Of a stretch of 64,000 nucleotides of DNA, positions 26,646 through 38,230 are shown piece after piece. Positions within the stretch are counted from its first letter, which is position 1, and each line of letters opens with the position of its first letter. A program made the translations under genes and the position numbers. The notes under the pieces were generated by a model. That model was not told the origin of the DNA. It worked only from the letters and a program-made list of their open reading frames with translations, and searched no databases. The stretch covers positions 6,820,001 through 6,884,000 of the forward strand of contig CM060732.1 in NCBI GenBank assembly GCA_030704615.1. Direction: 5' to 3'. The stretch is from Takakia lepidozioides (lineage: Eukaryota; Plantae; Bryophyta).

Positions 26646-27313
26646 CATTGCACCAAAAAGGATGTGCTTACTATGACCGCTGGAAAGGAGCTCGACCTCA
26701 TTTTGCTCAAGATCAGGGAGATTTTCGCTTCCTTTCTCCCTAATTTGACCCTTTCCTTGCCATCAATCTACGTCCAACAACGAGCTATTTTTTGTTCAAG
26801 TAATTTCGGTTATGAGATTATCTGATGTGCTCCCCCCTGGCTCACCCGGAACCTTTGTTAATTGGTTGTCTGGCAGCTCTGTTCTGCCACAGTTCGGAAC
26901 CCCTGCTGGCCGTCCCTACCTTCTGGCTACATACAAAGCAGGCTGCAGACTGGTGGCGGCCATGCTGATTTCGCAGAAAGTACTCAAGGGCGTTGGATAG
27001 GACCCACTCTTCGGCGAGTCTAGCATTGGTCCCGGTGCAGGAGAAGGAACCCTCGGAGGAGCAGCCCTTCCCTCCGGTCGACTTGGCCATTCCGCCACCT
27101 CCCACTGTGACCCCTCTCAAAACGCTTGGTTAGGCTTAGATACCCTCTTTAAAGCTGACTCCCTTGCTCCAGTGGATAAGGTGTCTCTTTCTCCAGCCCT
27201 GTCTCTTTCTCGTGCTTTGCTAAATCCTAGCAACCTTCCTTCATTTGTTCTATTTCCGTGGCTCCATATTGTGCCTGCCGGATTTCCGTTTCAGTGTACA
27301 GCCAGTCCCCATG
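26646..27313 (+). mobile_element. Probable 3' end of ORF1 of the L1 element whose ORF2 is now inverted
   Basis: After reversing the 27310-33785 inversion the frame reads ...CTASPH-GLLQ-stop, 6 nt, then the ORF2 ATG (MTWSLVSWN). Confidence 0.55.
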
Positions 27314-28661
27314 CTAAGGTGTATCATCCTTGGTTCTTAATAACTCCGGTTTAATTTCCACTACATTGAGTGGGTAAACCCACCATGGATTTTGGCTATT
27401 TCTGTCCATAGAATGATCAAGAAATAGCTTAGCATCACCAACATTCAACCAACAGATGTCATCAATGTACCGGAAGGCTGACTTGAATTTAGCCATAAGC
27501 TGGAACTGTCCTAGAACCGCCAATCGGAGGATGAATCTTAGTTCATAGGACAAGAAGGAAATGTTACACCATAAAGGAGAACATGAAAAAACCATGGGTA
27601 TACCAGAAACTTGTTGCCAAACTCGATCCCCCAAAGCAACAAAGCAATGAGTCATCAATCACTTGTGGAGCCCAAGCAATCTAGCTTCGGAGAGCTCAAT
27701 CCATGTACCAGTTTTAGGAGAGGAAGGTCCCCACCTACACTTCCCGAAGGTGTCATTCCTGGCTGGAATCCATAGTGAGTGATTGGATCGAGGGTAGGCA
27801 ATGTGGTATTGCCGGAAGGCATCTGAACCACGTATTCGATGGCGGCACCCAAATTATCTTCACCTGTCAAAGGTATGTTTTCATAACATTGAGTGATGTC
27901 CGCGACAAACACATCATGGATCTTTGCAGGTAGATTCAGAGTAAAATCAGAGATGCTGTCTATTATCCAGTACATGGAAGTGGACACTTCGAAAAAATTT
28001 CATAAGTATGAAGCCGTGCTTTGACCCATTCCTTTACCCAAGGCAATAAGTCCATGGTGGCACGTGTCAATAGACTGGCAAGTTCGCTGAAAATACAATT
28101 ATGGGCGTTGGTAATCCAGCGGTACTTCTTTTTGTGTGGCTTGTAAATTCCCATCATGTAGGGGAGGTTACATGCCACTGCTGGTATCTCAGGTAGCAAG
28201 TTCTGTAATTCTTCATAAATGCTTAACAGAACAGAATCGGGTGAAAGCCATACCTCATTTTCAGAACAGGGTTTGAAATCTTTACCCATTAGTCGGTGGT
28301 ACGCTTGAGTTCTTATGTGCTTCACACACATAAAACACACATTGTTGTTAGCCTTGTCAAGTCCGGACATGTAAAGGTGAGAAAGAAGCCATGTAAGTTC
28401 ATCCCGTGCTTCTTGCACTATAAAAGGATTTCTTTCATGGTGATTGAAACGGCCATTGCGTCTGCTGGCTTTTTGTTTCAGTCTATCCCAGCATGTGTTT
28501 TTCAACCACAAGCTGCAAGATGACACCCAATCCTCACAAGTATCTACTTGTAGAATGTTACATGTCTTGAAAAAAGCAGAATGGACTTGTTCAACCACAT
28601 CCTTCAGCAAGGTGTGTTTGAGAGGAATTTGATTCATACCTAGGCTGAACACTGCTTTCAA
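27314..28661 (-). pseudogene. Penelope-like element reverse transcriptase (Naiad/Chlamys-like), N-terminal and core part
   Basis: SLGMNQIP, DKANNN, YMMGIYKPHK, VADITQCYENIP, QQVSGIPM..CSP, RYIDD; frameshifted. Confidence 0.8.
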
Positions 28662-28689
28662 ATCGAGGACGACCTCTTTGGCTCACATG

Positions 28690-31260
28690 ATGACTGCGAC
28701 CCCGCCCACAATCTTACACTCCTCACCGCATTCCACAAACGTACCAACACTAACTACCTCGCGCATACCCGCAAACACATATTTCCCAAACCCAACCCAA
28801 ACATGCCCGCCACGTACATCAACCACTTACCGAACGTACACATACATATTACTGGGTTGTTTTCCTACACACCTGAACTCTATCCCTACCCACTCTACCC
28901 CTCTGTGACACTCAAATCCACCCACCCCGCCAAAACTTTGCTACCGAACTCAGTTGGCTTGTTACCCGCTACCTCCAAGACACTCCTCCCAAAAAACCCC
29001 GTTCCCTGTCAAAATTGTCACACGCCTTTGCTCATAATACTCTCCCCCCGGATATCCTCTCTCTGCTCATTACCACTTTCGAACTCACTCACCCACTTAC
29101 ATGCCCGATGGAAATCACAACTTTTGCCAACCACCACCCCCGAGACTGCATTTTTGGAGCCACCGGCCACCCACCCAGCACGCATGGACGGGGGGTGGAT
29201 TTGCTCACCCCCCAGGCCCCCTTACGCATGAGGCCCTCCAATGGGCCCATATGGCCGCACATTCCTCCCCGTCAAACGTCATGATCCTTATATTCACACA
29301 CCAAAAGCTACCCAACAGTCCCCATCCCCTCCTACAATTCCCACCCGGAGTATCACTCCTCACCGCTATCGAACCTAACCAACTCCGATACTCCCATACG
29401 TTACCTCTTCCTAAATACCTTCGTTATAAAGAACCCAACCTCACCCTTATCCTCCATGTCCACCATACCCACCACCTTCCCTGCCATACTGGATCAACTC
29501 CTAACGCGCACCTACAAACTTAAAATCACCATCTACCCCCATCATACCACGCACCCAACTCCCACAATCCCATCTGGCCACTCCCTAGGGTTAACCTAAG
29601 CAAGGCATGGAATAGGGCGTTGTCGCGCCCTCCCCCTACACAACCTACATCCCCCCCGCCCCTCCCAACCCACCACCAAACTCTATCCCCCAAATTTCCT
29701 CCGGCCCACTCTCACTACACCGACAGCTCCCTCAACGGCTCCCATGCTAGTTATGGCGTATACCACGCCGCTACCAACCAGGGCACCGCTTATAGACTCC
29801 CTGGTCCTCCCACCATACTTCGCGCAAAACGAATGGCAATATTTGAAGCACTCTCCCTACTGTCCTCATTCTCTCCCTACATTATCTTGATAGACAGCCT
29901 CACCTCGCTTTTCCTCATCCGTAACCAACTCTCTCGCCCATCCTCTCACCTTGACCATTGTGACCGTAATCTCATAGGAGCCATAGCCAACCTGGCTATC
30001 TCCATCAACCAACCCATTCATTTTCTCAAAGTCCGTTCACGAGTATTCGGGGAAACGAGGTTGCCGACCTCCTTGCCCAGGAAGGTGCCGACGAACCCCC
30101 TATTGACCCCACCAATGACCCTATACACATAGCGCACACCCCCCGTTTTGGCTAATACACCCTATACCAGATCCCTGTGAACCATGGCCCATATGCAACC
30201 TTTTGAAAACCCTCAATCGAGAAGCCAATAAGCAAACCTCTGCATCTGCTAGCCACACTAAAATACATATGCAGAAGTGAACACAATCCTAAGTACTCCA
30301 TAATAAACTCTCGAACTACTTCTGGCATTCCAAAGCTGCTACTGACGCCCAAATTAAACAGACCCTTAAATTCTGGTATGCCCAATATATGGGACATCAG
30401 CCCTACATCAGCGCAAGCACATTTTCTGGCCACGCCTCTTTCCCTCCCCGCACTGTCCCCTCTGTTCTCATACCCACCAGGAACGTGACACCTGGCCACA
30501 CCTTCTTAGCAAATGCACTCACCCTGTCATCCACGGGCTCCGTATTACCCGCCATAACCACGCAGTCTGGTACATCCATAAACTCCTCATGAACCGCGCC
30601 GAAACTAGATGGTTCTCACTAATCAACGCTGGTACGTAGCAAGCACGACCCCCATACCACACCGTCCCACACTGGCTTCTCCCGTGTACTTGCTCCCACT
30701 CCCCCTGCACCTGTCCCGCCAGGCTATGTCCAGACATCTTGCTTATACATGGCCTACCCATAAACTCCCCCCCACCCACCGCCCCAACCCCGAACCTTAC
30801 CATTTACTTTATTGAGTTCACCTACTGCCATGACCGCTACCCCGCTGATTCAACTCTAGACAAACGGCTGAAATACGCTCTACTTATCCTAGCGCTCCGG
30901 CATAGGGGCTGGGTTACTGGCCCTTTATCGGTCATCACAGCTGGCACTAGAGGTGGCATTTATAACGCTAGTATCGATGCGCTCCACACTAATTTTAAAC
31001 TCCCTATCCCCTCTATTCATAAATGGTTCAAAGCAATACACCTCACAGCTCTCCGCTCTCTCACAACCATTATTGCCAAAAAACGGAAACTCGAATCCAA
31101 CCCCCCTCTGGCCTCCGGGGTACCTAGGGTACCCTAGGTACCCTGCGGTATCTTTTCCTTAGACCCCTGGTGTCCTATGGACACCTTTTTCTTAGAGGGC
31201 CCACCCCCGAGAGGTAGCCGTGAGGCGAAGTTGCTCTTAGTTACGTTGGCTTTGTCCGGA
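28690..31260 (+). mobile_element. 5'-truncated non-LTR retrotransposon with RNase H, CCHC finger and restriction-like endonuclease (Dualen/RandI-like)
   Basis: RNase H (HYTDSS...LRAKRMAI...IDSLTSL...FLKVRS) 29710-30070; CPLC-x11-HLLSKC...RHN at ~30453-30560; PDILLI...FIEFTYC...DKRLKY at 30729-30880; stop at 31137. Confidence 0.72.
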
Positions 31261-31289
31261 GTCTTCTCTCTCTCTCTCTCTCTCTCTCT

Positions 31290-33761
31290 CTATGAACCAA
31301 AATGAGGCCAGCAGGACCTGATTGGTAACAAGAGCCCTACTAGCTATCGACAAGTGAATAAAGCTCCAGTGGATAAGTTTTTTCTTGAGTTTTGTAATCA
31401 CTGACTGGCACCTTTGCGTATTAGACAATCCGTGTCCAATGAGATGGCCGAGAAGCGTATGCGCCTGCCCTTCCTAAAGCCAATTGAGCCCCAAGTTTTG
31501 TCCCTACGGGGCTGAGTGAGATATTGGAGAATCTGGGTCAAGTCTAGATAAAATGGCCACTGTTTTTTTCCAATTGACTCTCAATCCCGAAGCCCCACAG
31601 AAAAGACGAATTTGGAGCATGAGGGACATATTACTCTGTGTGGAGTTGTCCACAAGGAGCGCCATATCATCTGACATGAGGGGATGAGGCAGCAATTTTC
31701 AGCCCAACGAGCTCTTTGTTGGCGTGCAGGAGGTGGTTAAGTGAATCAGCTGCCACCAAAAAAAAGAAAGGGGGCCAATGGGCATCCCTGTCTAACTGAT
31801 CGGTGAAGCTGAAAAGACGGGGAGAGATATCCATTGAGGATAACTCTACTGGATGCAGAATGAAGGAGAATTCGAACCCAGTTAAGGAAATCACTCGAAT
31901 ACTGACCTTGTGCAGGGTCTCGAACAGGAAAATCCAGTCCACGTTATCGAAAGCTTTTTCAAAGTCGAGCATGAGGAGAGCAAACGGCTGGTTATCAATC
32001 TGCGCCTGGAAGAGGGCTTCCTGCGCCAGAAGAATGTTGTCGAGGATCATCCTAGTTTTAAGGAACCCTGTCTGCTCCGGTCGAATTAGCTTGGAGAGGA
32101 AGGGCTGCAGGCGCAGGGCCAAGGCCTTCGCAATAATCTTATACGAAGCGTTGAGCAGCGTAATAGGTCTGTAGTTCGCAAGCTTATCCCTATCCCTTTT
32201 TTTGAACATGAGCGTGATGGCACCTTGAGATAGTTGGGAGGGCATAATCCCCTTAGCCAAAACATCCGAGGCCATCGCCAAAAAATCCTCCCCTATGTCT
32301 CCCTAGAGCATTTTGAAAACCTCCACGGGCAATCCATCCAGACCCGGTGACTTATTTGAGCTCAAAGATTCTGCGGCTTCCAAGAGTTTGAGGCTGGAGA
32401 AGGGAGCCGACAAAACTCCTCTCCTCCTCCGAGAGAATAGTGGGGACCTTGAGAAGGATCTCGGCTCTCTCCTGAGATTTGTCCGAAGTAGACGGACCAA
32501 AGAGCTTGGCAAAATAATCCGCAGCCAAATTAGACATGCATCTGGGCTCGGAAGTAGTAGCACCTTCTCCATGGATGTAGCACTTTGCCGCTGCCTAACC
32601 TTTTGGAAGAAATAATAGTTCATTTTTTCTCCCTTGAGAGACCAGGTAATGCCAGCCTTTCTCCTAATTGCCTAATCCTTCATAAAATCGCTAGATTTCT
32701 TTTTGCCTCCACAAGAGAGGCATACGTACTGGGCCCTACCGCACCAGATTCAATGAGCCATTGGCAATGCGAAATGCATTTGAGCAAAGCTTTTTCTTTC
32801 CTGGTTCGCTCGTTGGCCATCTGTTTTGAAAAGGCTCGGGCCACTTTCGTTGCAGCAAATAGTTTCTGCAGATACCTGAGAGTGGGAGTAGTGGTTGTGC
32901 CCGTTTCAAACCAGGTTTTTTTTTAAGGTTATGTACAAACGAGGGAGCTTTGTGCAGAAGCGGGTTTAATCTAAAGAAACCACGACCTTTGGCTTGGATC
33001 CCTGGTGGTACAATGGAGATGGATACCTACGCGTGATCGAAATCCGGCAACATTAGGGCCTGTACATGAACTCGAACCCACGATTTGGCCACAGAGGTGC
33101 AATAAAGTCTGTCCAATCTAGCCATGCACAAGTCAAGCGGGGCTCTATTGTTCGTCCAAGTGAATCGAATGGACTCCGAGTCGAAGGCATGTGTATCAGC
33201 CAGCCCCACTGAAAAACACAGGGAATTCCAAGCTGCTAGCTCATTTGGAGAGAGGGGATGCACCGATGACCCCAATTGGTCATTAAGGTTTTTAACCATA
33301 TTAAAATCTCCAGCCAAGAACCAATGCTCAACAAGTGGATAGGCAAGGATTTTGGAACGCAATAAGCACCATAGATCAATTCTCTCAGCGACGTCATTGG
33401 GGGCATAAATGTAAATAAAGGCACATGCTCCCATTGGGGCCGAGGGAAGAGTGAAACGACATTGCAATCTACCGACCACCCAAGTGTCCACTACCTCTTT
33501 CTCTCTAGTGCTGGTGAGATGAAGTTGGCAGTCCCTCCCCTAGAATCAGTGACAGTAGAGTTCCACCAGGCAACTGATACAGGCCATATGTCGGAGGTCA
33601 GGGGAGGCTATTTTTCGGGAGTCAAGCTTGTGCTCCTGTATGAAGATGATAGAACTCGAAGCGATGAATGAGGAAGCCCATCTCTGAATACGTCTCCTCT
33701 TCGGCATGGAGGCATCCAAGCCTATGCCTCTAATGTTCCAGGAAACAAGGGACCAAGTCAT
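31290..33761 (-). pseudogene. L1-clade LINE ORF2 (APE endonuclease + RT), degraded and 3'-truncated at a (GA)n tract
   Basis: SWNIRG, IQEHK, IYAPN, GDFN, RLDRLY, DH; KSPGLDG, NYRPITLLN, EQTGF, LDFEKAFD, SGLRVNWKKT. Confidence 0.9.
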
Positions 33762-33785
33762 GGGGTCCTATTGTAGCAGCCCATG

Positions 33786-34160
33786 ACATTGCCATTTATG
33801 AATGTGCAGATCAGTGTACTAAATCCTGATACTGGCTTGTTTCAGTTCCGAAAATATGATAAGAGAAGGATGTTGCCCTTTTCTTATACACAATACATCC
33901 AGTTCCTTTCTAACCGACCTGTAAATCAGTCTTATAATGTGGTGGTCTCCCAAGCCTTCTCTATTCTGTATATTTCCAGCAACACTGACTTTGCCTGTGA
34001 ATGCTGTGTTCTTATCCAAACCCTTGGGAGGAATGGCTTCAAGACCAAGAAGCTGGTTCGAATCCTGATAAAGTTCCTGGAACATGGCTCTTTTCCTGGT
34101 CTCCACTTCCCACTACACGAGCTAATTACCAAGCTAAGAGGTACAATGGATTCCTCATGA
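33786..34160 (+). pseudogene. Penelope-like RT C-terminal (thumb) region
   Basis: FMNVQI...YDKRRMLPF...SNRPVNQSYNVVVSQ...NGF; near-identical to 55325-55690. Confidence 0.8.
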
Positions 34161-34294
34161 CCTTATACATGTCCTCTTCTGTTCAAGTGCCTGAAATGTG
34201 TTTGAGGGGAGGAAGTAGGCTTTTCCAACCCCTTTGGCAATTTTGTCCCGGGGTTGGGAACTATTTTTTGCAGAGGGAGAAACCTTATGAAGGG

Positions 34295-34377
34295 GTCTGG
34301 TATGCACTCCCTTACGGGATGAGTGCATACCACACTCACTCCATAAGGGACTGCCATACCAGGGGCTGGTTGGTGGG
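34295..34377 (+). other. Conserved structured 3' module of the Penelope-like element (copies at 43692-43773 minus and 55831-55914 plus)
   Basis: GGTATGCACTC-loop-GAGTGCATACC stem with an overlapping second inverted repeat, ending TGGTGGG before a CCCTC tract. Confidence 0.7.
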
Positions 34378-34429
34378 TGCCCCCTCCCTCCCTCCTTGGA
34401 ATTGGCCGGTTTTATAAGTGATAATTTCC

Positions 34430-34960
34430 TGTTTTTTCATCCATACCGGATGGACTCTGGCAATTTTTTCACCCGCCCTATAACAAATTTTTCATCCATA
34501 CCGGATGAACTACCAAGGTGGACACTGAATTACCTCTAAGCTGAGTCTTTGATTTTTCATTCCTCTTTTATTGACTTTCATCCATACCGGATGAGTTACC
34601 AGAGAATGAGGAATTACTATTTTTCCATCCATACCGGATGAAAAATGACATGATATTATTTTTTTCATTCCTCTTTTATTGCTTTTTTATCCGTACTGGA
34701 TAAGGCAATTTTTTTTGGGATGTTGAATTACCTGTTAGGATGTAAAACCGATGCCTCGGATGTTATCTACTGTTTTTTCATCCTACCGATGGACTTTTTC
34801 CAACGGATGAACTCAATGATTTTTTCATCTGAACTGGATGAAATGTACAGCTTTTGATGGCCCTGGACTGATGTTAATTACCCTTAATTATGGTTAATTA
34901 AGGAGTGAAACCCTAACCCCTACCCTAAAACCTACTGTTTAACCTAGCTACGGATGACAT
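34430..34960. repeat. CATCC-n5-GGATG quasi-palindrome array (related arrays at 43245-43480, 47635-47870, 50915-51230, 55965-56560)
   Basis: Repeated TTTTCATCCATACCGGATGA units. Confidence 0.8.
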
Positions 34961-35399
34961 CAACAACTTCATTCTATACCATGTATAATTGCCCCAAGAC
35001 ATGCATCATGTAAGGCATCTTGGCATGGAAGAATGGGTGTTGTCACTTGGTATGCTATGACAAGATTGGAAGTGTTAGATGGTGCCCTGTCATGGGCTAT
35101 TTATGTCTCAACGTCTCACTTGGTTGTCTAACTGTTTTAACTAACATTCCTGGCATTTGTCAGTGTGAATGTTCATGTCTGCCTCGAGAATATGGTAGTA
35201 TCCACCTTTACGAAAATCTGTAAGGACTATGTTATTGGTGCACCGAATTCCCCATCATTGCCAACCATCCCCAATATGAAATCGGAGCTCCCACCTTCAT
35301 GCATGTATCTTGAAACTTTCTGACGGGACTTCAAAGTGGGACTTCCAATCTTCGATGGCCTCCGCAGATCCAAGTACGCGATGCCACTGAGCCTTCGTC

Positions 35400-36210
35400 T
35401 CTCAATATACAGAATCCCATATGTGCCAACTTCGTGCGGTGTTCGATTCCCACGCTATAGTGTGTTGTCCTCCCCAACTTGGGAGAACAAGGATCCCAAA
35501 CGAGGGAGGACTTTGCCAAGTGACGGAGACTCAGCCTTTGTTCCAAATTTAAGCTCAAACCAGGCATAGTGTATTTGGAAGAAGAAAAGAAAGATGTCCC
35601 TGGACAGGTTGATGAGACCATTGTGGTGCTACATGCCGACAGATGTTGCAGAATTGAGTGGCATGTACCCCCATCAGACACCATTTTGTATCGCACTGTG
35701 GGAATGCCCATTCTGTACCCAAATCAGTCGCTGCCCACACCATCCGCAAAAGAGTCGGGAAATCGACATGCGACCACTGCCACCAGAGAGGTATTTACTG
35801 CACGTGGGTGGGGGGCACTTATGTGCACTTGCCAATAGTGGGCATGTCTATCCTGAGTCATAGTCTGTAGCAACTATGACAGGCCTGACATTATGTAATA
35901 TGAAATCCAGGGAAATCCTGCTGTCATTGATACTTGCATACTGTCATATTCTATGCATTCTGCCTTGTAAAAGGCTTGGAGGGTAATCTCAATTTTCGGG
36001 AGATTGCTGGGAAGCTGGACACCGACCACAATGCCATCACTGAAGATCTGGTGAGGAACATGGTGAGAGAGGATAGACTACACAAACAACATGATGGTAT
36101 CTTCCTCCGCGGGGCACGGAAGAAAGCCCAAGATTCATGCAAACATTCATGGAGATGTGTTCACTAGAAGGGGGAACAGTAGTTGATCTGACAGTGGGAT
36201 GCGGGTTCTA
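35400..36210 (+). pseudogene. Beta-class N4C/N6A DNA methyltransferase-like remnant (copy 1)
   Basis: ...PTWE...DETIVVLHAD...LNFREI...DLVRNMV...DGIFLRGARKK/FMQTFMEMCSLEGGTVVDLTVGCG (motifs X and I); aligns with 61500-62330. Confidence 0.55.
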
Positions 36211-36427
36211 TGCATGATTATCCAGGTATATTATTTTTCCCATGAAGAACCCGCGTACATTCACTTGTCAAGGCCGGATAATATCGATGAGGATTGGGAT
36301 TGATTGAAGTAGCGGCAACAGTCTTGGCGACAGTCTTGTGCACCGTAGTGGGGTAGATGACATTATGGAACATGCACATGACAACTTTTTTTAATGTGGT
36401 GGGATGTGTACATGACTAACTGTTTGC

Positions 36428-36737
36428 TCGGGGCTAAACACCAAAGGGTACCATGAATGCTTGCATTGTGGCGATGATCTTGATGCACATAGCTCCCGCC
36501 ATCTTCACAAGATGGAGTATCCCAACTACCGCAAGTTTCTTCCTATGAGCTATCGATGGAGAAAAAAAGAGAAACATTTGTTTGATGACAAAGAGGAAGT
36601 AGGTCCCCCCCCCTGTGACACCATCCGGGCAGTTTTGGGAGGACTGATGGAAGGAAGCCCATGCGGGCACGGTCGGTGAAGTGGACGTGTCCTGCATGAA
36701 GCGACTTTCAATCTTCGACGAGTTGTCATATTGGGCG
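36428..36737 (+). pseudogene. CACTA/En-Spm Tnp2 transposase fragment
   Basis: SGLNTKGYHECLHCG...KMEYPNYRKFLP..YRWR...F...E..PP...KRLSIFDELSYW. Confidence 0.8.
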
Positions 36738-37668
36738 GTACATATTCCACAACAACACCATCAATATCCTTATGCATGCATGTGATATTACACATTTTGT
36801 ATGAGTTACATTATCACTTTCACGTCAAAATATTTGTGTAAGTATTTGTGGGTGCAAAGTTTCAAACCTAAACAAAATCATTTGTCCCCCCAATGATGCG
36901 TTCACCCTATCAACCAATTTTGTTTATTAATGTGAAAGAAAATCCTCTCATGCCATTGCACCCATCAAATGGATGTGGCTCAAGCTCACTCCCACATGTG
37001 CTTAAATATGTGCACACACATGTGCAAAGATTCAACGAAAAAAAAAAAAAAAAAAAAAAAACATTTTCCTCCCCAACGACGCACTCACCCTTGAACCAAT
37101 TTTGAATTAAATTGAATTTAAAATAAATATTTGCATTTAAAAAATATAGGATTGCGGTTTTGAGGGGCGTAATGATTTTATTTTTGGCTCTATTTATTTC
37201 TGTGACATCGGGGTTTGCACCACTATATCCATGCAAAACATTGGACAAAAAAAAATGGAAAAAAAAAAATGTGTTTCTAGGGTCACTTTTGCATAACTCT
37301 CTATGAAGAGTGCATAAAGTTGAAGATAACTCAACTTTGGAGTGCAAATGAGAGAAGAAAATATGGTTATAGGTCCAAATGACTTTTGTTTACTCCCAAA
37401 TTTTGCATGCACATTGCATATGCTGTCATTGGCTTCAGAATGGAATAAAAAAAATATCATGTGCCGGCAAAACGCAGTTTTTCGTCTCTACGACACGTAG
37501 CTGCGTTCAACACTTGAATGACCCATTGAATGAACTTGGTTCAAGCTCATACATGTGCATAAGTATGTTCAGAACATATATGCAAAGTTGCAACCCACAT
37601 GAACAACAAGAAAAGATATTTACACCAATCAATTAATGGGATGTATACAAAGTACATCATGAGAATAT

Positions 37669-38230
37669 CTATAATGCCCCTCTATGCGATCCCTGTCTCA
37701 AAGGAACCCTATTTCTATCATACACATCCCACTCATGCTGTAACCGGAGGTCCCAATCATCCCGTGAAAACTCGTATGATGCAAATAGCTCGATGCCAGC
37801 CCTAATAGTCCTACTAGCACATGTCATCACAAACATGTACATCCCCTCACAGTATACCGATGTATGACCACAAAAGCTCTCATGCCCATCACTTCGCTCA
37901 TCCCATACTACATTGGTTCTCCTAGGATGACCAAAAGAACTATTGACCAGCCCAGCAACGTGGCCGAAGATATCGGGGTCACCATCATAAAATCTGATCT
38001 CAATGGGAGACAGCCCCCGTCTACGTACATCCTGTCCGTTGACACACAAAATGTAGGGTAGGATATATGGGGCTTCGAGGCGTAATGTACGGAACTCCCC
38101 GGAGGTGTAGTATGGACCGTAGTAGGGAAACAAGTCCACCGACCACCTCGGGCTTAGCACCAGGTTGGTTTCTCTTCCACCCTCAACCCTACTCTCTCAA
38201 CTCCCTCTCTCCCAAAGAACAAATGGAAAC
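37669..38230 (-). CDS. Stand-alone SET-domain protein (lysine methyltransferase-like); start uncertain
   Basis: PYYGPYY...DGDP..GHVAGLVNSS...NV...A.RTIRAGIELFASY matches the SET motifs (YxG, RxxNHS-like, GEELxxxY). Confidence 0.7.

Noticed and set aside
34160-34430. Hammerhead ribozyme typical of PLE pLTRs
   Set aside because: No CUGANGA...GAAA core with flanking stems was found by eye.
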